A stretch of DNA of 64,000 bases, from positions 22,234 to 86,233 of the forward strand of contig JAZSJH010000005.1 in assembly GCA_045534265.1 (NCBI GenBank), written 5' to 3'. This stretch comes from Clostridia bacterium (GTDB taxonomy: Bacteria > Bacillota > Clostridia > Christensenellales > UBA1242). Under the pieces are notes generated by a model. It ran no database searches, was not told where the DNA came from, and worked only from the letters and a program-made list of their open reading frames with translations. A program made the position numbers and the translations under genes. This document shows positions 37,866 through 46,897 of this stretch, piece after piece. How positions within the stretch are numbered: position 1 is the first letter of the stretch; each line of letters begins with the position of its first letter.

Positions 37866-38689
37866 TGGAAAAGTTTGAAGAAGTAGAAAGAAGTTTAATA
37901 AAAAAATTCCGCAGTACTATCTGGCGCAAGTTTGTGCGTGGTGTTAGCGAATATGATATGATACAACAAGGCGACAAAATCGCTGTTTGTATATCTGGCG
38001 GCAAAGATTCTATGTTACTTGCTAAATGCATACAAGAACTTCAAAAGCATTGGCTTGTAAAGTTTGATGCGGAGTTTATTGTTATGGACCCAGGATATGC
38101 AAAACAAAACAGAGCACTTATCGAAAGCAACGCAAAACTTTTGAATATCCCTATCAAAATTTTTGAGAGCGACATCTTTGAATCTGTCGAAAAAATCACC
38201 GATTCTCCATGCTATCTATGTGCTCGTATGCGTAGAGGCTGCTTGTACGAATACGCCAAAAGCCTTGGCTGTAACAAAATAGCTTTAGGTCACCACTTTG
38301 ATGATGCTATAGAAACAATACTTATTAGTATGTTTTATGGTGCAGAGTACAAAACTATGATGCCAAAGCTAAAAAGCACAAGCCATATAGGTATGGAACT
38401 AATACGACCTATGTATCTTATCAAAGAAGAAGATATAATCCACTGGAGAGATTATCACGAGCTAGAGTTTTTGAGATGCGCGTGCAAACTTACTGAAAAA
38501 ACCGAAACAGGTGAGATGGAGTCAAAGCGCAAAGAAGTAAAAGAACTTATAGCAAAACTAAAACAAAACTATGAAAACATAGATATTAATATCTTTAGAA
38601 GTATACACAATGTAAATTTGGATACAGTAATCGGCTATAAACTAGAGGGAAAAGAAATTAGCTTTTTGGATAAATATAAGGACAAATAA
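37865..38689 (+). CDS. PP-loop ATPase, tRNA 2-thiocytidine biosynthesis TtcA-like
   Basis: PP-loop CISGGKDS plus SPCYLCARMRRG. The ATG at 37865 overlaps the tcdA stop. The track start at 37793 runs inside tcdA. Confidence 0.72.
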   Translation: MEKFEEVERSLIKKFRSTIWRKFVRGVSEYDMIQQGDKIAVCISGGKDSMLLAKCIQELQKHWLVKFDAEFIVMDPGYAKQNRALIESNAKLLNIPIKIFESDIFESVEKITDSPCYLCARMRRGCLYEYAKSLGCNKIALGHHFDDAIETILISMFYGAEYKTMMPKLKSTSHIGMELIRPMYLIKEEDIIHWRDYHELEFLRCACKLTEKTETGEMESKRKEVKELIAKLKQNYENIDINIFRSIHNVNLDTVIGYKLEGKEISFLDKYKDK

Positions 38690-38690
38690 T

Positions 38691-39221
38691 ATGAGAATAT
38701 GTTTTATAAGACACGCTAGCGATATTAAACCTAAGTTTTTGGGTGAAGACACTTCGATATCAATGGCAGGAAAAATGCAAATAAAAAACGCAATAAGATA
38801 TTATGACAAAGAAAATATCAAGGCGATATATACATCTCCTTGCAAAAGGGCAGTTCAAACTGCAGAAATTATTGCCAAAAGATATAATGTACCGATAGTT
38901 GTTATGCCAGAGCTTACAGAGCGAATTAAGTTTGATTACAAAAAAGGCAGCGAGCAAGAAAAGCTCTTTATGGAAAACTATCTAAATTATGATTTTGATA
39001 CAGATGAGTTTGAAAGCTGTAAAAAATATATCGACCGAAACTTCAAAGCCTTTGATATGATTATAAATAATCATTACGAAAAAGGCGAGAACGTAATTGT
39101 AGTTGGACACAGCGCAACGTTATATGCATTAAATACATACTTTACAGGAATCCCAAAAGATAAGCAAATAGTATGGCTTCAATGTGGTAACTGCAGTATG
39201 ATAAAATTTGAGAAAAGATAA
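38691..39221 (+). CDS. histidine phosphatase family protein
   Basis: FIRHAS (RHG-type motif), IYTSPCKRAVQTAEII and VVGHSATL. Confidence 0.65.
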   Translation: MRICFIRHASDIKPKFLGEDTSISMAGKMQIKNAIRYYDKENIKAIYTSPCKRAVQTAEIIAKRYNVPIVVMPELTERIKFDYKKGSEQEKLFMENYLNYDFDTDEFESCKKYIDRNFKAFDMIINNHYEKGENVIVVGHSATLYALNTYFTGIPKDKQIVWLQCGNCSMIKFEKR

Positions 39222-39283
39222 AAAGACTAGCTATAGTCTTTTTTTATTTTACTAACATACGAAATTTGTGGTATATTTAAGTG

Positions 39284-40609
39284 ATGAAAGTTTTAGAGAT
39301 TATTGATTACGGAAATAACGGAGAAGGCGTTGCCAAAGATAATGGCAAGGTTTATTTTGTGCCAAAAACTATTGTTGGCGAAAAAGTCGAAGTTGAAGTT
39401 ATAAAAGAAAAAAGCAGCTTTTGTGATTGTAAATTATCAAAAGTAATAAAGGCAAGCAAAAATAGAATTGAGCCCGCTTGCAAATATTTTGATATATGCG
39501 GTGGCTGTCAGCTTCAGCATATCGATTATAAAGATCAACTACCTATCAAAAAACAAACAACTCAAAACACAATAAACAAAATATCAAAACTAAATCTTGA
39601 ACTAAAAGATATATTGCCAAGTAATCAAGATTACTATTATCGCAACAAAATGGTCTTTGCAATAAACAGTGCTGGAAGACTTTGTATGCATAGCGAAAAA
39701 GGGCAATTGTTTGAAGTTGATTTTTGCCATTTGGCAACTATTGGGATAAATAGAGTTTTGTCTATTGTAAATACTTTTTTGCAAACAACCAAGCTTAAAG
39801 GCTATAACCAAAAGACAGGGCAAGGGCTTTTGAGATACCTTGTTATAAGGGAACTAAATGAAGAGTTTTTGATAACGCTTGTTGCAACAAAAAAAGAAAT
39901 TCCTAACATAAAAATTTTGCAAAAACTCCTTGATGATGAAAATATCAAGTATGGACTTTTTGTTAATATCAACGTGTCAAAAAGCTCACTTATTTTGACT
40001 GAAAAATTTGTGCATATTTGCGGCAAAAAAACTCTAACCGGAAGATATGTTTGCTCCAATGGTAAGGTGATAAAATATCCTATTTCGCCACTATCATTTA
40101 TGCAAGTAAATGACTATGTAAAAGAAAGAATTTATAAGCTAGCCGAAGACAATTTGAAAGGCGAAAAGTTAATTATTGATGCATATAGCGGAGCGGGACT
40201 TTTGACCGCGATATTGTCTCAAAATGCAGACCGTGTGGTCGGGATTGAGATAGTTGGGCAGGCTACACAAGATGCAGATAAGCTAATGCGAGATAATAGT
40301 ATAACCAATATGATTAATATAAATGCCGATTGTATGGTCGGGATTGATAAAGCCCTAAACAAAGGCGAAAGCAAGGATTTTGCAATTGTGCTAGATCCAC
40401 CAAGAAAAGGAGCCGACCAAACGGTCTTAAAAAAGGTTTTGACGGCATCTCCAAACAAGATAATTTATATTTCTTGTAACCCTGCAACATTGGCTAGAGA
40501 TATGAAGATTTTGAGTGATGGTTATGAGATTTCTAAAATTTTGCCTTGCGATATGTTTCCCAACACTGCAGAAATAGAAAACTTTGTTGTTATGACAAAG
40601 AAAAAATAG
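39284..40609 (+). CDS. 23S rRNA (uracil-5-)-methyltransferase, RlmD/RumA family
   Basis: N-terminal TRAM domain, Fe-S cluster Cys motif CKYFDICGGCQLQH, SAM-binding DAYSGAG, and catalytic YISCNPATLARD. Confidence 0.85.
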   Translation: MKVLEIIDYGNNGEGVAKDNGKVYFVPKTIVGEKVEVEVIKEKSSFCDCKLSKVIKASKNRIEPACKYFDICGGCQLQHIDYKDQLPIKKQTTQNTINKISKLNLELKDILPSNQDYYYRNKMVFAINSAGRLCMHSEKGQLFEVDFCHLATIGINRVLSIVNTFLQTTKLKGYNQKTGQGLLRYLVIRELNEEFLITLVATKKEIPNIKILQKLLDDENIKYGLFVNINVSKSSLILTEKFVHICGKKTLTGRYVCSNGKVIKYPISPLSFMQVNDYVKERIYKLAEDNLKGEKLIIDAYSGAGLLTAILSQNADRVVGIEIVGQATQDADKLMRDNSITNMININADCMVGIDKALNKGESKDFAIVLDPPRKGADQTVLKKVLTASPNKIIYISCNPATLARDMKILSDGYEISKILPCDMFPNTAEIENFVVMTKKK

Positions 40610-40643
40610 TTATAAATTTTATACTAAAAATAGGACAAAAAAT

Positions 40644-41081
40644 ATGATAAAAAAAGCAACAAAAAATGACGTAAAAATTTTGGCATCACTTGCTGTTAAA
40701 TTGTGGCCAAAGCATACCTTAGAAGAACTGATTTTGGACTTTGAAAATTTGTCAAAAGACAAAAAGTCAAAGTGTTTTATAAAGTACCACAATGGTCTTG
40801 CGGTTGGCTTTGCTCACTGCAGCTTAAGAAGTGATTATGTAGAAGGTACTAGCTCATCACCCGTTGGATATTTGGAAGGGATTTTTGTAGAAAGTACTTG
40901 CAGAAATTTGGGTTTTGCAAAAGAATTGATTTTGGCTTGTGAAGACTGGGCGAAAGAAAAAGGGTGTGTAGAGTTTGCAAGCGACTGCGAATTATCTAAT
41001 GTGGCAAGTTTGAATTTCCACCTTGCTGTTGGGTTTGAAAAAGCAAACGAAATTATTTGTTTTAGAAAGACAATTAAATAG
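40644..41081 (+). CDS. GNAT family N-acetyltransferase (AAC(6')-like size and N-terminus)
   Basis: 145 aa. LAVKLWP.. N-terminal block. Motif A region RNLGFAKELILACEDWAKEKG. The aminoglycoside specificity is only a resemblance. Confidence 0.6.
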   Translation: MIKKATKNDVKILASLAVKLWPKHTLEELILDFENLSKDKKSKCFIKYHNGLAVGFAHCSLRSDYVEGTSSSPVGYLEGIFVESTCRNLGFAKELILACEDWAKEKGCVEFASDCELSNVASLNFHLAVGFEKANEIICFRKTIK

Positions 41082-41138
41082 CTAATCGTTTTACCTTTTG
41101 CGATATTTTTGATAAACTATATTTTGTAGGAGATGTAT

Positions 41139-41813
41139 ATGAAGATAAGAAAAGTTATATCTGCAATATTTGTTTGTATGCTATCATTATTTTTGGTTGC
41201 GTGCAGCGGCAAAGATAACACAAGAGTTGCAACTGTAAATGCAGATGATGATATTATTATGACAATATACGCATATGATGGTGCGGGCGAAAGTAGATTT
41301 GGGCTTTTGAATCTAGGGCATAGTTTTTTGTCTTTTGAAAATAAAACAACAGAAACTATCAAAATAGGAAAATATGATTTGCCGGCGGGTGATATTGTTA
41401 CTATTAGTACTTGGTCTATTAGTGAGCATTTTGGTATATGGTATAACACAGAGAGCAACTATATAAAATATTATGACAAGTACAACGGCAGATTTTCTGT
41501 TTCGGTTGGACTAGAAGTTGATTGCCTAGATAAGATGAACAAGTTTATAGAAAACAATGACAAATGGCTACCTACAAAAAACTGTACTAACTTTTCTGTA
41601 GGACTATGGAACACATTGTGCGAAAAAGAAGAGAGAGTAAGTACGCCACTTATTTATACTCCAAGCAAATTAACTCAAGATATAAAATCTTTCACAAGCT
41701 ATGAGAAAAACAAAGAAATAACAGTTAGTGATAGATTTGGGTATTTTGACAAATGCGGAAACTTTGTACAATACGCTTTTGATAAAGCTGTAGCGGAGGT
41801 GGAAAATGCTTAA
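41139..41813 (+). CDS. lipoprotein of unknown function
   Basis: Signal peptide with lipobox LFLVACSG. AGGAG RBS before ATG 41139. Conserved-looking GHSFLSF and KNCTNFSVGLWN segments. Confidence 0.6.
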   Translation: MKIRKVISAIFVCMLSLFLVACSGKDNTRVATVNADDDIIMTIYAYDGAGESRFGLLNLGHSFLSFENKTTETIKIGKYDLPAGDIVTISTWSISEHFGIWYNTESNYIKYYDKYNGRFSVSVGLEVDCLDKMNKFIENNDKWLPTKNCTNFSVGLWNTLCEKEERVSTPLIYTPSKLTQDIKSFTSYEKNKEITVSDRFGYFDKCGNFVQYAFDKAVAEVENA

Positions 41814-42051
41814 GAAGATTTTGATTATATCACTTTCTGTAGTTGACCTTTTGCTTTTGTACTATGGCATATGCCATATAGCGGGCGGACTTGATGCTCC
41901 GGTGCTTGTTGGGGCAAACGGTAATGCATATTTTATGGGGCTACATATTATGGGTTTTGTATTTATGGCGTTGTTTGCTGTTTTATTGATTGTAATAATT
42001 ATGATTGCTTTGTATATGAAACCAAAAGGAAAACAAAATGAAAAAAGTTAG
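41806..42051 (+). CDS. small membrane protein (81 aa, 2 TM)
   Basis: GGAGGTG RBS. The start overlaps the upstream stop by 8 nt. Confidence 0.5.
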   Translation: MLKKILIISLSVVDLLLLYYGICHIAGGLDAPVLVGANGNAYFMGLHIMGFVFMALFAVLLIVIIMIALYMKPKGKQNEKS

Positions 42052-42535
42052 CATTGATGTTTATAACGAATATCTATCTACAAAAGCTGATTTGGATTTT
42101 TATTTTACTATTATGTTTGAAAATCTAGATTACTTTACCGTAGCTGATGATTTTATCGTTATCAAAAAAGGTGAAAATGTAGAAGTTATTATTGATAAGT
42201 TTTCTTCTGTCGAATTTCAAACTTATGTTTACAAACCATTTTTTGAAAGTTTGAAAGACAAAAAACTTATTGAAGGCGAAACTTTGGATACAATGTTTGA
42301 ATATACTTTTAGCCGTACTATAAGGGCGGCAAAAGACAATATTTACATTATGCTTCACGCGGGGTCAAAAGAATTGTTTGAAGGAAAGTTTGAAGACGAA
42401 ATAATAGAGCGTATTAACAAAAAAGCCTATGCTTTATTTGAAGGTATTGACAACAGCGTTGACAGAGAAATATATTTTGCTGTAGAAAAAGAAGTTTTAC
42501 AATTTATAAAGGATTATGGCTTTGATGGAGAATAA
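42038..42535 (+). CDS. hypothetical cytoplasmic protein (165 aa)
   Basis: 14-nt overlap with the upstream gene. No motif recognised. Confidence 0.5.
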   Translation: MKKVSIDVYNEYLSTKADLDFYFTIMFENLDYFTVADDFIVIKKGENVEVIIDKFSSVEFQTYVYKPFFESLKDKKLIEGETLDTMFEYTFSRTIRAAKDNIYIMLHAGSKELFEGKFEDEIIERINKKAYALFEGIDNSVDREIYFAVEKEVLQFIKDYGFDGE

Positions 42536-43046
42536 TACCCCAAAGACGCAAGAAACCCAAACCGAAGACTTAGAGCAAAAAAGAGAAAAGCCTTGGTATA
42601 TAGTCAGCATTATATCTGCTGTTTTGTATTCGGCTTTTATCTTTATAGGGCTTGATTATACCGGCTCAAAAACTTTGGCTGGGATTTTGATTGCTTGCGA
42701 AGTTGTATATGTTATATCGCTTGTTTTGATAATAGTTTTGTCAAAAGACAAATCAAAACTATCTCTTAGAATAAAAAATTACAAAAGCGCCGTAAAGATA
42801 CTTAAGGCTTTTTCGTCTATTATATGTCTTATTCTTGCTATATCTGTTGTTATTAGCAGCGCAAGCGGATTTGATATGAACAACTTCTTTGATATATGCT
42901 ACAAGATATTTATGATAGCTTTTTCGGCTTTATCGGCTATATTTTCTATCTCAACAATTATTTTTAGAAAGAAAATAGAAAATACTAAAGCCCTTTTGAA
43001 AGAAAAATTAAAAGAAAATTGGGAAGATTCAAAAATAAAACGCTAA
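42516..43046 (+). CDS. membrane protein (176 aa, ~4 TM)
   Basis: 20-nt overlap with the upstream gene. Hydrophobic helices. Confidence 0.5.
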   Translation: MALMENNTPKTQETQTEDLEQKREKPWYIVSIISAVLYSAFIFIGLDYTGSKTLAGILIACEVVYVISLVLIIVLSKDKSKLSLRIKNYKSAVKILKAFSSIICLILAISVVISSASGFDMNNFFDICYKIFMIAFSALSAIFSISTIIFRKKIENTKALLKEKLKENWEDSKIKR

Positions 43047-43096
43047 ATTAATAGGGTTTTATTTTTTTATTTGCTATAATAACTATAGGTGAAAGT

Positions 43097-44086
43097 ATGA
43101 AAGAAAAATTAAAAGAAAACTTAAACGTAATTATTTTTTCAATAGTTAACTTTTTTGTGGGCTTAACTTGCCTACTTATTATCAAAAACCCAGTGCCTAT
43201 TTCTATCGCCAAAAGATTTATTGTAGGCGAACTTGGTAATAAGTGGATACTATTGTTATTTCTATTTTTAGGGCTACTTCTTGGTGGCGTGGGACTAATC
43301 GGCAAGCAAACCAGTGCAGAGCACGTTTTATTTGCAAGAAAAAGACAAATAGGCATCAATGTTTTGATTACTCTTTGGACAGTGATTGTTTACTTTTTCT
43401 TGTGTCTATTTACCAGTATGGATATTATAGGCAGTAGAGTAATGCTGAATATTGCTTCTATGACTGTATGTGTTGTAGCTTGCGTGCTAGCTCTATTTGC
43501 CAAAAACATATTCGGCAAAAAACAAGAAGATACATATCTAAATTATAGATTATCACTAACTATTTTTGTTAGCGAGATATGCGGATATGTTTTGCTAGTT
43601 GTTGCCGCTGTTAACATATTTGTTGACCACTTGCTTTTCATTTTGCCATTTGTAGTAGTTTGCGGACTCGTTATTTACCTTGTTCCTATGCTATGTACAA
43701 AAAACCTTAAGAAAAAACAACAAGAAATGCAAAAACAAGAAACCGAAGAAATAATGGCATCTGACGAAAAAATTCTAAACGCTGTAAATTTTGCTTCAGA
43801 TATGATTAGCGAAAAGGCAACTTCTAAAAAATCAAAATCAAAAGCAGAACCTGAAAAGCCAGAAGAAAAACCTGTAGAGCTTGCAGAAGAAGTGGTAAGA
43901 AGTAAAAAACAAACTAAAAAACTAGAACGCCGCACTCAAACCAAAAAATCTCAAAACTCAGGCGGCAATAAATCTTTTGCTAAATCATCAACTTCAAAAC
44001 CGAAATCTAAACAAAGTGTAAAGAAGCAAACAAAATCAAGTAGCAACTATAAAGGTACTTCAAAAACAAAAAATATTAAAAAATAA
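43097..44086 (+). CDS. membrane protein (329 aa, ~6 TM) with long Lys/Ser-rich C-terminal tail
   Basis: AGGTGA RBS. The last ~120 aa are low-complexity K/S/T/E (..SKKSKSKAEPEKPEEKP..KKQTKSSSNYKGTSKTKNIKK). Confidence 0.55.
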   Translation: MKEKLKENLNVIIFSIVNFFVGLTCLLIIKNPVPISIAKRFIVGELGNKWILLLFLFLGLLLGGVGLIGKQTSAEHVLFARKRQIGINVLITLWTVIVYFFLCLFTSMDIIGSRVMLNIASMTVCVVACVLALFAKNIFGKKQEDTYLNYRLSLTIFVSEICGYVLLVVAAVNIFVDHLLFILPFVVVCGLVIYLVPMLCTKNLKKKQQEMQKQETEEIMASDEKILNAVNFASDMISEKATSKKSKSKAEPEKPEEKPVELAEEVVRSKKQTKKLERRTQTKKSQNSGGNKSFAKSSTSKPKSKQSVKKQTKSSSNYKGTSKTKNIKK

Positions 44087-44088
44087 AA

Positions 44089-44117
44089 TTGACAACAAAT
44101 AATAGTTTTGTTAATAT
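44089..44117 (+). promoter_or_regulatory. promoter of the metK leader (TTGACA-17-TAATAT)
   Basis: TTGACA at 44089-44094 and TAATAT at 44112-44117. Confidence 0.55.
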
Positions 44118-44124
44118 ATTTACA

Positions 44125-44262
44125 TAACCTATAAAGAGTGTGCGAGGGACAAGCCTTACGACCACACAGCAACCTACCTGCAAAGGCAAGGTGCTAATGC
44201 TTGTATGATGGGAAAAACAAAAGATAAAAAAGGTCCTATCATAAGATAGGGCCTTTTTATTT
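44125..44262 (+). promoter_or_regulatory. SAM-I (S-box) riboswitch with terminator, upstream of metK
   Basis: Conserved blocks AAGAG..GCGAGGGAC.AGCC...GCAACC......GGTGCTAA. Then the terminator AGGTCCTATC-ataa-GATAGGGCCT followed by a T-run. Confidence 0.8.
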
Positions 44263-44305
44263 TCTCTTTTTAGGTTATAAAAAATAAAAGGGAGAAAAAT
44301 ATATT

Positions 44306-45397
44306 ATGGAAGAAATAATAACAAGTGAAAGTGTTGGCAGGGGACACCCAGACAAAACCTGCGATATTATTGCGGATAGTTTTTTGGACGAAGCAATAAG
44401 ACAAGATAAAGACAGCCAAATGGCAGTAGAATGTGCTATAAAAGATGACCTTTTGATGATTTATGGTGAGCAAACCACAAAAGCAGTGATTGATTACGAA
44501 ACTATTGCAAGGAATATTCTCAAAGATATTGGCTACAAAAATGATTTTAGAATAATAAAGCAAATATCTATCCAATCTCCAGAAATAAACAACGCAGTAA
44601 CAAAATCTAAACTTTGCGCCAATGACCAAGGCATTGTTTTTGGGTATGCTACAAATGAAAGCAGTGATTATATGCCACTTCCTATCAGTATCGCTCATAG
44701 CCTTATGAAAGAGTACGAAAACTACCGCAAAACAAACCCACTATTTTTTGCCGATAGCAAAAGCCAAGTTTCTATAAAATATGTGGACGGAAAACCAATG
44801 TCTGTTGATACAATACTTCTTTCTGTATCACATAGCGAAGTTTTGAGTTGGGGAGAAATAAAAGCCCTTATAAAAACAAATGTTGTGGATAAAGTACTTA
44901 AAAATGTGTTTATAGACAAATCAAACTATAACCTAATAATAAATCCAAGCGGTAAGTTTACTATTTGGGGTAGTTTTGGTGATAGCGGTTGCGTGGGAAG
45001 AAAAATTGTTGTTGATACTTATGGTGGTGTTGGCAAAGTAGGTGGCGGTTGTTTTAGCTCCAAAAACGCAACCAAGGTGGATAGGTCAGGGGCATATTTT
45101 GCAAGATTTATTGCAAAAAATATAGTTGCTCACAACCTAGCTGACAAATGCGAAATCGGTCTGAGTTACGGCATTGGTCTTGAATATCCTATCAGTATAT
45201 CTGTCGAAACATTTGGTACAGAAAAGGTGGCAAAAGACAAGATTTATAAGTTCATAACAGATAACTTTGATTTGTCAGTGGATAGTATGATAAAAGAACT
45301 TGACCTTCAAAAGCCTATCTTTGCAAAAACTGCTTGTTATGGGCATTTTGGGAATCCAGACTTTAGTTGGGAAAAAATCAAGAAATGCAAAATATAA
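44306..45397 (+). CDS. metK: S-adenosylmethionine synthetase
   Basis: TSESVGRGHPDKTCD, GDQGIVFGYA-like NDQGIVFGYA, and GGGCFSSKNATKVDRSGAY. Confidence 0.93.
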   Translation: MEEIITSESVGRGHPDKTCDIIADSFLDEAIRQDKDSQMAVECAIKDDLLMIYGEQTTKAVIDYETIARNILKDIGYKNDFRIIKQISIQSPEINNAVTKSKLCANDQGIVFGYATNESSDYMPLPISIAHSLMKEYENYRKTNPLFFADSKSQVSIKYVDGKPMSVDTILLSVSHSEVLSWGEIKALIKTNVVDKVLKNVFIDKSNYNLIINPSGKFTIWGSFGDSGCVGRKIVVDTYGGVGKVGGGCFSSKNATKVDRSGAYFARFIAKNIVAHNLADKCEIGLSYGIGLEYPISISVETFGTEKVAKDKIYKFITDNFDLSVDSMIKELDLQKPIFAKTACYGHFGNPDFSWEKIKKCKI

Positions 45398-45515
45398 CAA
45401 AAAATAAATGCTAATAAAAAAAGTTGTTTTACTGTATAAAGAACAAACCATATAAAAAGTAACATTGGCACTTTCAAAAAATGTTAGAAAATCACACAAA
45501 AAATAACAAAAAACA

Positions 45516-45544
45516 TTGACTTTTGTTTTTATAAGTTATATAAT
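45516..45544 (+). promoter_or_regulatory. promoter of tRNA-Lys(CTT) (TTGACT-17-TATAAT)
   Basis: TTGACT at 45516-45521 and TATAAT at 45539-45544. It is embedded in an 11-bp perfect inverted repeat (45516-45526 / 45545-45555). Confidence 0.55.
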
Positions 45545-45562
45545 ACAAAAGTCAATCGATAT

Positions 45563-45638
45563 GGACGACTAGCTCAGTTGGTAGAGCAACTGACTCTTAA
45601 TCAGTGGGTCCAGGGTTCGAGTCCCTGGTCGTCCACCA
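45563..45638 (+). tRNA. tRNA-Lys (anticodon CTT)
   Basis: GGACGAC TAGCTCAGTTGGTAGAGC..ACTGA-CTCTTAA-TCAGT..CAGGGTTCGAGTCCCTG-GTCGTCC-A-CCA. Confidence 0.93.
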
Positions 45639-45672
45639 ACTAAATGCCGAGTTTATCGGCATTTTTTTATTA
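45632..45672 (+). repeat. 41-bp direct repeat, left copy (tRNA-Lys 3' end + terminator hairpin)
   Basis: TCCACCAACTAAATGCCGAGTTTATCGGCATTTTTTTATTA, identical to 47525-47565. It contains the terminator ATGCCGA-gttta-TCGGCAT-T7. Confidence 0.95.
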
Positions 45673-45729
45673 AATGATTTTTTATATTTAAAGGTTATAT
45701 GAAAAAATACGCGATATAATTTTGTAATC

Positions 45730-45758
45730 TTTACAATTTATTGCGAAGGTGGTACAAT
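45730..45758 (+). promoter_or_regulatory. islet-internal promoter (TTTACA-17-TACAAT, TG-extended)
   Basis: TTTACA at 45730-45735, spacer ending ..GGTGG, TACAAT at 45753-45758. It lies 24 nt upstream of ATG 45782. Confidence 0.5.
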
Positions 45759-45781
45759 GTATTTGTTATATAGGAGAGAAA

Positions 45782-46879
45782 ATGAACGTTTTATATTTAA
45801 TTGGTAATGGGTTTGATGTTAATGCAGGGATGAAAACTAGATATTCAGATTTTTATGATTATTACCTGAATTCTAACAATGATGAAAATCCACTGATTTC
45901 TGAAGTCAAAAAATCAATTAACCAATATTTGAATAATAAAGAATTTTCAAAAATCAATTGGTCAGATTTAGAAATTGCTTTTGGAAAATATTGTGAAAAT
46001 TTTAACTCAAAAGAGGATTTTGACACAGTCTATAAAGATTTAGTTTTAAGTTTATCGAAATATTTGCAAACTCAAGAAAAAGCATATTTAATTCCTGAAA
46101 AATGTAAAACAATATTTATAAATGATTTGTGTTCTCCTTTTAAATATATTTCTGAAGTTGATAGGGAATATTTTAATACATATCTTAATTCTTTTACCTC
46201 ATTTTTAAAGGTAAACATTATTACATATAATTATACGAATTCGATAGAGAATATTTTGCAATGGAAAGGTTCTTCTTTATATGTTGGAACTAAGCTAAAT
46301 CATGGACAAGTACAGATTGATAATATACAACACATTCATGGGTATACTAATAAAAGAATGGTCTTAGGCGTAAATGATGAAAGTCAGGTAAACAATTCAG
46401 AATTGTTGAAAAATCAATACTTCAAGAATGCAATCATTAAAAAGGATTGTAATAATGCACAAAAAACACTTCATGTTAAAATATGTAAAAATCTGATTTT
46501 GGAAGCAAATATTATTTGTATGTTTGGTTTATCTTTAGGAGAAACAGATAAAGATTGGTGGAGTTTTATTATAGAAAATATAGAAAAAAAGAATATTAAA
46601 TTGATTATTTTTGCACATTCTGAGCAAGAAGTTAATGGAATATTTAGTTATGAACAAGCAGAAATTTCAGACAAGATTATATATAGATTTTTATCAATGT
46701 CAAATTTGAATAATGATGCTAAAGAAAGGGTTAGAAAAAACATATATGTAGCTATAAATGCAAATATATTTAATTTTAAATTTGATAAAATTAGAAAACT
46801 TGATAATTTAAAAAATGAATTTCGCAAATTAGCAAAAGATCAAACAATAACAAAAAATGAAGTTAAGTTTGCTAGATAG
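45782..46879 (+). CDS. AbiH-like abortive-infection family protein (365 aa)
   Basis: The N-terminus MNVLYLIGNGFDVNAGMKTRYSDFYDYY matches the IGNGFD..G..T.Y.DF hallmark I associate with Pfam AbiH. Later blocks are HIHGYTNKRMVLGVND and ICMFGLSLGETDKDWW. AGGAG RBS. Confidence 0.6.
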   Translation: MNVLYLIGNGFDVNAGMKTRYSDFYDYYLNSNNDENPLISEVKKSINQYLNNKEFSKINWSDLEIAFGKYCENFNSKEDFDTVYKDLVLSLSKYLQTQEKAYLIPEKCKTIFINDLCSPFKYISEVDREYFNTYLNSFTSFLKVNIITYNYTNSIENILQWKGSSLYVGTKLNHGQVQIDNIQHIHGYTNKRMVLGVNDESQVNNSELLKNQYFKNAIIKKDCNNAQKTLHVKICKNLILEANIICMFGLSLGETDKDWWSFIIENIEKKNIKLIIFAHSEQEVNGIFSYEQAEISDKIIYRFLSMSNLNNDAKERVRKNIYVAINANIFNFKFDKIRKLDNLKNEFRKLAKDQTITKNEVKFAR

Positions 46880-46897
46880 TGAAATATTAGAGGTTTT

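Noticed and set aside
41117-41458. Minus-strand ORF 41117-41458 (113 aa), and the many other antisense ORFs of 60-180 aa inside murE, ftsZ, galU, feoB, der and others
   Set aside because: They are fully embedded antisense to genes with strong motif support. Such frames are typical of A+T-rich genomes, and none has an RBS or recognisable motifs.
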